A DNA stretch of 64,000 bases from contig NIVC01000475.1 in assembly GCA_002269645.1 (NCBI GenBank), forward strand, positions 326,737 through 390,736, given 5' to 3'. The translations under genes and the position numbers were made by a program. Position 1 is the first letter of the stretch, and every line of letters begins with the position of its first letter. Below the pieces are notes generated by a model. That model had not been told where the DNA came from. It saw only the letters and a program-made list of their open reading frames with translations, and did not search any database. The stretch comes from Macrostomum lignano. Lineage: Eukaryota. Below are positions 11,430 through 24,100 of the stretch, in pieces.

Positions 11430-12852
11430 TTGATCAGCTTCTTCGGATCGTTTCTAAAAAAATTCTGAAAGAACGCCGCACATTTTTGGTCACAGACCGA
11501 CACAGCTTATACCAACTTTATTAACTTCTGTTAGCACAATTTTGTGATGAATGATAAAAAGCCACAATTTTATACACTAAGCGCTGTGTGTCGTCTTTTG
11601 GTTGAATTTTAGCATATTCGCTTTCAAAATATTTACAATTCCTTATATCAGCTATAGCCACACCGGAACCTTACATGTAGATTGTTTAGATTCAGTTAGT
11701 ATAGAATTGAAGGATATAGTAATAGCTGTTGAAAGAGGCTGCAAATTCCAAGCTCTCATTGCTTACTATATCTGTCTAACTCGTGGCATGCCTTCTGGGC
11801 TTTTCAAACACATCATGCCATTCAAATTTGCCAAGAACTAGCTAAAGCTGTGTATCAAAATAACAGAATGATAAAATATAGATTCATAAACCTGAGTCGA
11901 GCTGTGCGCGCCATTTCTATGGTTTCTAGGCTTAGCACATGCAGTAGTATGTACGTTGGATATAAAATTAAATTAACAGTTGCATGTATAGAATCCTAAT
12001 TTTCTAATCAAAGCAACATGTATATATACATTAAGTATATATCAATAGAGCTATAAGAAAGGCAAGACATATCACGATGAACGTTGCACGGGTCTGCCTC
12101 CTATCAACAGCAATAACAATTTTTGTGCTACAATAAAACGTCCATTTTCCATAAATTGCATGCATTTTTCGGTAGACCTGGCAGCCTCCTAAAATTTTCC
12201 AGTTTCCCGCCATCTTAAATGAAGTAGTCCTTGCATGACACGTACCTGGCTTGGTTATCAGCATGCTTTACACAGGTCGGCTTGTTCAACTTGCGGCTAC
12301 ATTCTAACGTTTGTTACATATGGCACCTATATCATGCAAGAGCCTGTCCCCATCTTACTTCACTAGCTAGACCCCTTGAACATTTTTACTAGGTAGTAGC
12401 TGACAGCACTAACTTTCAAGGGCCAGTGCATAAAACTGTTATATACAGTGGTCCTTGATAACTTTATGTATCGTAACTTCGCAAAGTTTTTGGGGCTCAG
12501 TTTGCACGAAAATTGTATGGTTCTTTAATTACCGTAAAAAATTAGGGCATACGCTGCTGCTGTTATATGAATTTATTCTAGGTGTGTTTTACCTTCCATT
12601 TTTTGATAAAAAACATTCATTTGACTGCAATTTCGGCTCTTAGTTACGTTTTATAAGCGTGTATTTTCAATTCGAGCACTTAGCAAGTCTATAGAGCAAA
12701 CATAAACGCACTCATAAACACTATTTTAAAAGTCAGCCATTAGCTCGTAATTTACATTATGTATTTAAAAGGTATCTTACCCACTGTAGTTAATATAAAA
12801 TTAAATATTATTTTTAATTATTTTATATTTGTTAAAAATATATCACGTACAC

Positions 12853-13131
12853 ACACGTCACAGGCATAATTTGAATTTCACAACGTCAGAACATACGTTG
12901 ACCATATAGACTCGTACTCAGACATTGGCACTACTGCTTCACAACACTGTCAAATTACTGATTTATTTATATAGTTGTACACAAGTCTTCTGACTCCTAC
13001 AGATTCTGCTCTTAAGCATCATGCGTCTAATTTTGGTTACCTTTTTCTTGTGTTTTACATACACATTTGGCGCGAAGGTTAATGATGAGACATGCGAAGG
13101 TGAGGCAGACTCCACATTCCTTGTGACGTGT
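12853..13131 (+). promoter_or_regulatory. Candidate UPR (XBP1/ATF6/CREB3-type) elements around the MANF start
   Basis: ACACGTCA at 12853-12860 and TGACGTGT at 13124-13131, with extra ACGT cores at ~12845 and ~12883. MANF is a known UPR target. Confidence 0.35.
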
Positions 13132-16100
13132 TGCTTTGATTGTAGATTTTATATAATTTGGCTAATTTGCAGTGTAAATTCAAGTTTTAGCTTAATTTAA
13201 CTTTAAATTACTTTTAATAACTTTTCTATATTTGCTTTTTGCTGACCTTGAGCTTGACATTGCATTATGTATAATGTATTAGGCCCCTAATGACATTTAT
13301 TTAAGTTAATTTTATTAAAAATTATTTTACTTTTTTTTATTAATTCAAATTAAAAAATATGAAAGCAAACTAGCATATCATATTTTAATTGTTTAAGTTA
13401 TTAGGGAAGTTTTTTCTATTATTGGTATAATTGTTATAAACACTTTATTATATTCATAGGCCTAGTTAGACCTAGGCTAGGCTAGGCCTAATATATTTGG
13501 TTTGATAGCTATAGCCATAATTTCAATAGAACACTAGAATAGGTATAATTATAAAGATATTAATAAGCTGCCAGACTTTGGATAGTATACATGCACACTA
13601 GAATTTTTTGGCATATAAAAAGATTTAATGTATACCATTAGTGTAAAAATTGACATACAGAAGGGCCTAGCATACCCCTTGGTATACAGCTTGGTGTACA
13701 GAGAACTAGACACCAAGCTAGTTTGTTATAGTCACATCTTTATGCATTTCACACTCTCAGAGTGAGTAATAATGGATAACCTAGTACAAAAAGTACTAAG
13801 CAAAATTAATGCAAACATGCATTTGAATTTGCACAATCACAAGTCCATAATTACAAAAATTATTGTCTGTTGATGTGCCACTAATAATAGTGATGTGGCG
13901 TGGCTTGAACTGTGGTTTGAAAAAATATGTTTATGGCCAAAATCACTGTCAACTCTTTGTATTTAAAAAAAGATAGGCTTAGGGTTAGAAATGTTTGCTG
14001 CTAAGCTGAGAATTCTGGGATTCAAGTGCTCTTCACTTCAAAATGGCTGGACAACTTTCTGCCCCAACATGGACCATGCTACCTTAAGACATGAAGTACA
14101 TGAAGATGTGACTATAACAAACTAACTTGGTATCTAGTTTATATTTTGTTGTTTAATGTTATTTTCTTAAGTTGTTCTAAACTCAAAAGTAAAGATGCAA
14201 GTTATTCCCATTGAGAAAATAATTTATCAAATGATTCTACAGGATAGCCCAATGTTAAAATGTATACAGTTAGTGTACAAAGATGGTTAAGTTCAAGTTT
14301 GGCATAGTCTCCATATACATTAAGTAGATAATTTTTGATCAAAAAGAATAGTTCTTAGCCCTTCCAAAAATTAACAGAAAACTAAATTTAACAAAAATTG
14401 TGTTTAACTTTTCTAAGAAGTTAAAAGTAAAACAAAAATAGTTTAAATAAACTAACTCTTTACAGTGTATTAAAGAAGAACTAGTTTTTATTAATATTTT
14501 TTTTAATATTGGAATTTGTGAGCCCTAAATCTCATTCATAATTTTTTTTTGTTTTGGAATATTTTTGTGTGCAATAAGTCTATTGGCATATCTATTTATT
14601 ATTATGATTATATGAATCTATTTATTATTATTATGAATATTAAAATAATTTACTATTATTTGGTGATACAAAAGCAATGAAGCTATAAAATAAATAATTT
14701 TCATTTAAAAAGTTTTAAAAACATCTATAAAAGCACAAAGTATCCATGTATAGCCTTTTCTTTAATACAATTATTTGTTTAAATGTTAAATACAATTATG
14801 ACTAAAATGACTGTAATAAAAATAGTAGAAAAGCTCTCATAATATATTTATTAACTTTTGGTGTCATATATTAGCAAATTCTATAATGCAACAACATTTT
14901 TCAACATTTGTTTCAAAGGTTTATTTGTTTATTACTTTGTTACTATTGACAACATATACTTTATAGAGTTTGTCTGCAATAAATGCTGTATTCAATGTAA
15001 GTTCAATATTAAATGTATACAAATTCCTATAAGGATCAAAAACCACATTTTACTTAGCTTTTACAGAAGTAATTGAAAAAATTCTTTTTTTTATTTTTAC
15101 ATACCAAAATGATACATGTTAATATGTAATTTCATTGTTCTTTGTCACTTAATAAGCATACAGGAAGCATTTGATTTGGATGCCAGGTTCACATTTTGTG
15201 GTACCTATTACATGCAATAATACTCTACAAGTTAATATTTAAACAAAATAATTTAAAGAAAACAACTTTAAGATTTTTTTGCAAATGGGTGATTTATTTA
15301 CTTTTGGAGAGAAATGTTGCTAGAAAACTTTGCACTTTTAATTAGTGTGAATTTTTTAGAGTTTAGGTGGTTTTAGAAAAATTTAAAAATCCTTAGAAAT
15401 CCTTCATCTTTTTGAATAAAATAAACAGTAAAACACAAAATACTTTCTCTTTCGTGAGTAGTCAAAAAAGCCTTTTTTGAGGTCTAAAAGTCTTAAAATT
15501 AATTGTTTATTTGTAAAAAATGAAAAAAAACTATTTTAAAGTGGTCGACTTGGACTTTAAAAATTGCTTTTCTTGTGGTTGTAAAAAATCTTTTGTTCAA
15601 CGATGTAAGGCATGAAAACAATAGTTTCTATCAAGAACTATTTTCAAAATCATTTTCATTGGCATTTGCATAAAAAAAGTAACCTTTTTAAACATCTGCA
15701 GTCTGTGTGAAATTTGTTCGACGTTTTGAGAACAGCCTTGAAGATGCCGCAAAAGGCAACATGGACAAGATCTCTGACGCTTTTAAGAAGTTCTGCCTGA
15801 CCGCTAAGGGCAAGGATGAACGCTTTGTAAGTAGCAGAATAAGATGTGTGCTCTTGTAAAACCATATCTTCTGTTTTCGTGGCTACCAGCATCTCTCCCC
15901 CATCTCTCATCCTCACAGTGCTACTACGTCGGCGGCCTGAAGACCTCGGCCACATACATTGTGAATGAGTTGGCCAAGCCAGTCAGCTGGGGCATGCCGG
16001 CCGAGAAAGTGTGCGAAAAGCTCAAAGCTAAGGACTCGCAGATTTGCGATCTGAAATACGGTGAGCCACTCGTTCTTTAATTGATGTTCAACTGCTCATC

Positions 16101-17591
16101 CTGGTACACTTTAAGCGACATCTAAGCATCCCCCAGATAGCAAGCATCCCCCCAGATAGCAAGCACCCCCCAGATAGCAAGCACCCCCAGATAGCAAGCA
16201 CCCCCAGATAGCAAGCATCCCCCAGATAGCAAGCATCAGCACCCCCCAGATAGCAAGCATCCCCCAGATAGCAAGCATCCCCCAGATAGCAAGCATCCCC
16301 CAGATAGCAAGCACCCCCAGATAGCAAGCATCCCCCAGATAGCAAGCATCCCCCAGATAGCAAGTATCCCCCAGATAGCAAGCATCCCCCAGACAGCAAG
16401 TATCCCCCAGATAGCAAGCATCCCCCAGATAGCAAGCACCCCCAGATAGCAAGTATCCCCAGACAGCAAGCACCCCCAGACAGCAAGCATCAGCATCCCC
16501 AGACAGCAAGCATCCCCCAGACAGCAAGCATCCCCCAGATAGCAAGCATCCCCCAGACAGCAAGCACCCCCAGACAGCAAGCATCAGCATCCCCCAGACA
16601 GCAAGCATCCCCCAGATAGCAAGCATCCCCCAGACAGCAAGCACCCCCAGATAGCAAGCACCCCCAGATAGCAAGCATCCCCCAGATAGCAAGCATCCCC
16701 CAGATAGCAAGCATCCCCCAGATAGCAAGTATCCCCCAGATAGCAAGCATCCCCCAGACAGCAAGTATCCCCCAGATAGCAAGCATCCCCCAGATAGCAA
16801 GCACCCCCAGATAGCAAGTATCCCCCAGACAGCAAGCACCCCCAGACAGCAAGCATCAGCATCCCCCAGACAGCAAGCATCCCCCAGATAGCAAGCATCC
16901 CCCAGACAGCAAGCACCCCCAGACAGCAAGCATCAGCATCCCCCAGACAGCAAGCATCCCCCAGATAGCAAGCATCCCCCAGACAGCAAGCACCCCCAGA
17001 CAGCAAGCATCAGCATCCCCCAGACAGCAAGCATCCCCCAGACAGCAAGCATCAGCATCCCCTAGACAGCAAGCATCCCCCAGATAGCAAGCATCCCCCA
17101 GACAGCAAGCACCCCCCAGACAGCAAGCATCAGCATCCCCCAGACAGCAAGCACCCCCAGACAGCAAGCATCAGCATCCCCCAGACAGCAAGCATCCCCC
17201 AGACAGCAAGCATCAGCATCCCCCAGACAGCAAGCATCCCCCAGATAGCAAGCATCCAAATTGATGTGTCTGCACTTGGAATCGAGCCTGGGCCGCTAGC
17301 ACATCAGAGCGCCCTACTGGTCACTGGGCTACGGCCCCCCTCAACCGCTCACTCACTGCAGTTGCTTATCACTAATTAGTGCACACCTTCCATTCCTTAA
17401 CAGAGAAATCCGTGGACTTCAGCACCGTCAAGTTCGATAAGCTGAAAGTGAAAGAGTTGAAGAAGATTCTGGAAAACTGGGGCGAAGTTTGCCGCGGCTG
17501 CACTGAGAAGTCCGAGTTCATCCGCCTGGTCAAGGAGCTGCTGCCCAAGTACGAGCCGGAGGCGGCCAAGAAGCGCAAGGACGAGCTGTGA
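13021..17591 (+). CDS. MANF: Mesencephalic astrocyte-derived neurotrophic factor / ARMET homolog, 177 aa; exons 13021-13099, 15702-15826, 15919-16060, 17404-17591
   Basis: Signal peptide [17 protein letters not shown]. Saposin-like region [46 protein letters not shown]-like region [27 protein letters not shown] with CXXC. C-terminal KDEL. Exons sum to 534 nt with GT/AG junctions. Confidence 0.96.
16103..17340 (-). mobile_element. tRNA-derived SINE-like element (copy B) whose interior is a minisatellite; fills most of MANF intron 3
   Basis: The head at 17270-17340 on the minus strand reads GGGGCCGTAGCCCAGT..GGCTCGATTCCAAGTGCAG. The distal motif ggtacactttaagcgacat at 16103-16121 matches 8315-8333. 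Confidence 0.6.
16125..17257. repeat. ~18-bp minisatellite (agcatcccccagayagca)n with occasional agcatc inserts
   Basis: Directly visible; about 60 copies. Confidence 0.95.
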
Positions 17592-18334
17592 TCGAAGCAG
17601 CTGATTAAAAAAATTCGCAGATTTCAAGCTTTCCGTCTCCGAATCAAACTGTTAGGCTCATTTTTAAAGTTTCTTTCTGCGTTTTTCTCTTCACTGGCTA
17701 CTTATAAGTAACTACTTGTGCGTTTTCCTTGTCTAGCTGTGAATGATGTCGCTCTCTTTCTCTTGTCTTTAGTCTAGTTTTTGTGCAACAGTTATTCCCG
17801 AACTGTCTCCTTTCCTTTCGGTGAACTGCGAATATTTGACATTGTTTTGTTTGTGTTGCGAACATGATAATATATGAATATCTGATTGTCGGCTGCATTT
17901 GATCTGGCAGACACTGTTTATCTGATAAATTTATTATAGCTACTGTTATAGTACTGTTAAGTAGTCGTTTAGAGATAGGCTACTTGCCCATGTGTGCTCT
18001 ATTAATTATTCAGTACACTGTACAATGCACTGCGTCTCTCTATTAACTAATCAAACAGATTTCAAATAAAAAGTCGAAACCGTTTTGACTGCCAAATTAT
18101 TAATTATTGATCTGATAAAAGTAATCCGGGATCTCCGTGTTTCGGATTTAATTTTTATAGATTTTCTTTCGGTTTTATCTTGTTGAATTTTATGCTTTAG
18201 TCTGTCACTGTCACAGTAGTATGAATTGACCATTGGTTCATGTCTTGATGAAGCATATATTGGCTCGAAGCACATTTAATTATCGAATGACTATTAGTGG
18301 ACTGCTTTAGATGCAGTGTTACTCTGAGTAAATG

Positions 18335-18795
18335 TACATCCACTGCCCCCCACTCACCCCAATGTACAACCGCTCCCCACCTCCGTCCCAATGTACACCC
18401 GCTCCCACCCCCGTCCCAATGTACACCAGCTCCCCACCACTGCCCAAATGTACACCAGCTCCCCACCCCTGTCCCAATGTACACCCGCTACCACCTCCGT
18501 CCCAATGTACACCGCTCCCCACCCCTGTCCCAATTTACACCCACTCACCGCGATTTACACTCGCTCCCCCACTCTCCCCGATGTACACTCGTTCCCCCAT
18601 TCACCCCAATGTAAAACCGCTCCCCACCTCCGTCCCAATGTACACCCGCTCCCACCCCCGTCCCAATGTACACCGCTCCCCACCCTGTCCCAATTTACAC
18701 CCACTCACCGCGATTTACACTCGCTCCCCCACTCTCCCCGATGTACACTCGTTCCCCCATTCACCCCAATGTACACTCGCTCCCCCACTCACCCC
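18335..18795. repeat. Degenerate ~27-28-bp C-rich minisatellite with ccaatgtaca core and a ~159-bp internal duplication
   Basis: Visible repeated ccaatgtacaccc units. The block at 18526-18614 recurs at 18685-18773. Confidence 0.85.
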
Positions 18796-19320
18796 GGCCC
18801 ACAGTCACTTTATCTTAACTCTCAATCCTTGTTGTGCTTTAATAAACAGTCTACTTATTAGTGATTGAGTTTTACTAATTGGAAAATATGAAATTCCAGG
18901 CTAGGACTGTTATACAAGTCTATCAATAAAATCAGATTTTAAACTATAACCTCTAGTTTCTATCTATGATGCTGAATTATATAAAATAATAACATGATTT
19001 TGATATTTGATTTACTTACAACTGAAATTAGAAAATTTATATTTTGCATGCTCAAAAGTGACCTTAAACTGAAGCGTGTAATACGAGTTCCAAAAAATGG
19101 AACATTTTACTACTACGAGTGCTAAATGGTGTTTGCTACTATAAGTAGGAAATAAGTGCATTATTTATTTTTGTACGAAGCAGGATTTTGTTTTCCTCCT
19201 ATGCGATAAATAATGTCTTTAAAAAAAGAATTTTCGACAGAATCAGAGCAAGGACTACTTAGTCCTAAGTCGCATCACTGACTGCAGCTGTCCTTGGTTC
19301 ATACGTGTAGTGAAATCAAC

Positions 19321-20618
19321 TTAAATCAGTGTGAACTTCATCAGGACGGCCGTTAGCCACGCCGCTAATCCAAAAGTGGTGCTGCTGATTCTCAGAGTGG
19401 ACGCTCGATTGCTGAAATCTGCGGGTGAGAGGGGGGCAATGTTCAAATTTTTTCAACAAACTGAAGCCAGGGTAACATCGCGATATTAAAAGTATAACCC
19501 GCTCTCATTTTTATATGTTTCCTGTCTTACTAGATCTCAACAGCCTAGATCTCAGTCACCTTGACATCTAAGAACCTCCTAGGACCTCCCTAGGACCTTC
19601 CCTAGGACCTCAGTCTCAATGGGTCACTCAGTCTCACTAGATCTCCGCCTGGGGTCACTCAGTCTCGCTAGATCTCCGCCTGGGGTCACTCAGTCTCGCT
19701 AGATCTCCGCCTGGGGTCACTCAGTCTCGCTAGATCTCCGCCTGGGGTCACTCAGTCTCACTAGATCTTCGCCTGGGGTCACTCAGTCTCACTAGATCTC
19801 CGCCTGATGTCACTCAGTCTCGCTAGATCTCCGCCTGGGGTCACTCAGTCTCACTAGATCTCCACCTAATGTCACTCAGTCTCGCTAGATCTCCGCCTGG
19901 GGTCACTCAGTCTCACTAGATCTCCGCCTGGTGTCACTTAGTCTCGCTAGATCTTCGCCTGGGGTCACTCAGTCTCACTAGATCTCCGCCTGGGGTCACT
20001 CAGTCTCACTAGATCTCCGCCTGATGTCACTCAGTCTCGCTAGATCTCCGCCTGGGGTCACTCAGTCTCGCTAGATCTCCGCCTGGGGTCACTCAGTCTC
20101 ACTAGATCTCCGCCTGATGTCACTCAGTCTCGCTAGATCTCCGCCTGGGGTCACTCAGTCTCGCTAGATCTTCGCCTGGGGTCACTCAGTCTCACTAGAT
20201 CTCCGCCTGGGGTCAACTACGTCTTTGTGTAATACTTGTACGCTCGTACTTGTAGAATGGGATCTCATAGGTAAACCCTAGCTTGATAAAATAAACCTCA
20301 CTGCAGAGTGTACATGTAACCGCGAGCTCACCCAGGTGCAGCACAATGCTCTTGGTGATAGTCCTGCCGGACACCAGATTCTGGGTTGCCCGGCACTCCA
20401 GCAGCAGACTGTTGTAGCTTCGATGTAGCCGAATGAACAGAATTCTGGAGCTGGCCAGTAGCTGCTGGTTCACTGCGGGTTCGGGAAATTGACTGACTGA
20501 CTGACTGACTGACTGACTGACTGACTGACTGACTGACTGACTGACTGACTGACTGACTGACTGACTGACTGACTGACTGACTGACTGACTGACTGACTGA
20601 CTGACTGACTGACTGAAT

Positions 20619-20694
<76 letters not shown>

Positions 20695-20740
20695 CAACTA
20701 ACTGACTAACTAACTTACTAACTAACTAACTAACTGACTG

Positions 20741-20787
<47 letters not shown>

Positions 20788-20792
20788 GACTG

Positions 20793-20866
<74 letters not shown>

Positions 20867-20867
20867 C

Positions 20868-20902
<35 letters not shown>

Positions 20903-20940
20903 CAACTAACTGACTAACTAACTAACTAACTAACTTACTT

Positions 20941-20982
<42 letters not shown>

Positions 20983-21020
20983 CAACTAACTGACTAACTA
21001 ACTAACTAACTTACTTACTT

Positions 21021-21057
<37 letters not shown>

Positions 21058-21086
21058 GTAACTAACTAACTAAGTAACTAACTAAG

Positions 21087-21137
<51 letters not shown>

Positions 21138-24100
21138 GTAACTAACTAAACTAGCATCAATAATCTAAATAAGCATATTCTAAACTCACAGCTCAAATCC
21201 TTCCTCGGTGGATCTTTCTTAGTCTCCGTCCCGTTCAAGGTGAACATCCTGGGCTCGGTTGAGTACTCGGTGCTGAACAGCCACTCCACCGGGTAGCGGG
21301 TCTGCTCAGACGTCAGCTCGATTCCGCCCAGGTAGAAAGCCAGGCGAGGCGGCGGAATCGCAGCCTTTTTGGTGAAGCATTCGAACCGGTTGCTAGGAGA
21401 TTCTGTAGCACTCGAATTGACGGATGAAGCGGTCGCTGAGGTGGATGAAGTCCAGTTGCTGGGCGATATCGGGTCCCAGCTGGCGAGCACGAGGCTCTCC
21501 TCAGGCAGCACCTCTGCGTTAAAGTTCGACGCAAGCAAAATTTCAGTTTTTAATTACTACGAGTGTATACTTGGAAAAAGTAAAGTTTTCTCAAGTATTG
21601 CTACTAATAGTTGGCAAATTAGAGCTATCTTTATAGAGTCCCAGTGTTTCTTGGGAAAATGCTACGTATTATTATCATATGATGCTTGACCTTGGTTGAT
21701 TAGTTGAAATGCTTGCCTAAGTACAGTATTTCAGCTGCTCTTATCTTTTTAGAGCGGAGTTTCTCGACTATTTTTGTCTATGGCCAACCCCCATTTAGGG
21801 CTGTGCGACTGTAAAAACAACTCACTGTAGTACTGCAGGTAGGCGCTGTCATTCCTGTTGTCCGACAGACTTCGACAGGACCACAGGCCCACATGTCGCG
21901 GATTGAACACCTCTAAGCTGATGGAGCAGGTGAGGCTGTTGCCAGACTCCTGGCAGGTAACGTTCGAGCTCTGCTGCTGCCCAGCGGTGTCCGCGGCGAA
22001 CTGCACGCTGGACGGAGTGCACTGCGGCGGCTTGCCGGCGAACCCGAACTGGCAGTTGCTGTAGCCTCGCTGGGCCTGCGGTGCCAATGGGGCGACTGGA
22101 TATTACACAAATACTCACCTCGTGTTAGAGTTCGAGCCCGTGACCACAAAAAATTCGAGTCCGGGACCACAATAGGGTCCGAACCCGGAACCACAATAGA
22201 CTTCGAGTCTGTGCCAACAATAAAACTCGAGCCCAGCAGGACAATTTCAATAAGGTTCAAGCCCGGGACCACAATGCAGGTTAATCACCGGTACGTCAAT
22301 CGCCAGAAAAGGTTGCTGGCTGGCATTCTGCCGGGTCCAACGGCAGGCGAACTCCCAGGGCCGCTCAAACGGAATCTCAATGGTGTTTGGCTCCGTGTTG
22401 AAGTTTCTGGCGTACGGACGGCTGATGACTATGGTTGGCTCCGCCATCACTTCGTCTGCGAGTATTTTATTGCATGAGATAGCCATTGTGAGATACATGT
22501 GAGGTTTTGGAGTTAGAAAGAAACTTTTCTGCACTCCCTCACTCTCCCTGACTGCCCCTCACTCTCCCTCACTCTCCCTCACTCCCCCTCACTCTCCCTG
22601 ACTCCCCCTCACTCTCCCTCACTCTCCCTCACTCCCCCTCACTCTCACTCACTCTCCCTCACTCTCACTCACTCTCACTCACTCTCCCTCACTCTCACTC
22701 ACTCTCCCTCACTCTCCCTCACTCTCCCTCACTCTCCCTCACTCTCCCTCACTCTCCCTCACTCTCCCTCACTCTCCCTCACTCTCCCTCACTCTCCCTC
22801 ACTCACTCTCCCTCACTCTCCCTCACTCTCCCTCACTCTCCCTCACTCTCCCTCACTCTCCCTCACTCACTCTCCCTCACTCTCCCTCACTCTCCCTCAC
22901 TCTCCCTCAAACTCCCTCACTCTCCCTCACTCTCCCTGACTCCCCCTCACTCTCCCTCACTCTCCCTCACTCCCCTTCACTCTCCCTGACTCCCCCTCAC
23001 TCTCCCTCGCTCTCCCTCACTCCCCTTCACTCTCCCTGACTCCCCCTCACTCTCCCTCACTCTCCCTCACTCTCCCTCACTCTCTCTCTTCTTCTATATC
23101 CCAACCTCTCTGCTTACCTTGATTGCTGATACAACAGATCATGACGAAATTCACGAAGAAAAAAATCATTTCTTCAATTAAGGCACTGGTTAAATATTTT
23201 CAGTTTTACTACAATCGTATGAAAAAGGGGTTTCAAATAATATCAAACATGCCTTCACCCTGCTCTTGTGCGTCAAATATAGTCTATTCGGTCAAATCGC
23301 AGCCACAGATTTGTTTACCGTAGCAACGCCATTAGCAACTCGGCAATGTTTTCGTTATACCCAATGCCTTTTCATTGAAACTGAGACAGGAAATCTTTGA
23401 GTGAATTGTCGATTTGCTGCAGCAATGCTAATTAGGCCATAATGGCATGCACGACATGTAGCCTTGTTCAATATTCCGCTCTAAAAGGAATGAAGCCTTG
23501 CTGTTTGGCACCTCAGCCGGTGACTAATGGAATGTTGATTTTCACTCAGACTGGATAAATGCATGACTTCATTTTTAGCCGAGCTTTGTTTCACATTTGA
23601 GTTATCAGTGCTTACTCCCCACTCACCCTATCTCACTTTCTCTTACTCCCCGCTAACCCTATCTCACTTTCTCTTACTCCCCGCTAACCCTATCTCACTT
23701 TCTCTTACTCCCCGCTAACCCTATCTCACTTTCTCTTACTCCCCGCTCACTCTATCTCACTTTCTCTTACTGCATGCTCAGTCTACCTCACTTTCACTCA
23801 CTCCTCGCTCAGTCTACCACACTTTCACTCACTCCCTGCTGTCTCACCACTTGAATCCTCATTTTCCTGGCCGTCTCCAAACACAATGGTCAGGTTGCTG
23901 CTGGCCCTGCTGTGGCTGTGCGAGAGGCCCTGACTGGCCGAGCAGACCAACGTCTGACCGCTGCAGTTCCTGAGTTGGCTGCTCAGCTGGACACTGCGAC
24001 TGGAGGCCAACAGCTGCTGGTTCACTGCGAGTGGAGATGCGACAGGTTTGAGACAGGTTTGAGTCAGGTTTAAGACAGGTTTGAGTCAGGTTTAGGACAG

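Noticed and set aside
16088-17259. ORFs and repeat units that might suggest a repetitive protein or CRISPR array
   Set aside because: These are contiguous minisatellite units with no unique spacers, in a eukaryotic intron, with no cas genes.
20615-21147. (ACTA)n as repeated branch-point/QKI-type ACTAAC motifs
   Set aside because: The motif is on the strand antisense to the host gene, and there is no sign of a plus-strand transcript.
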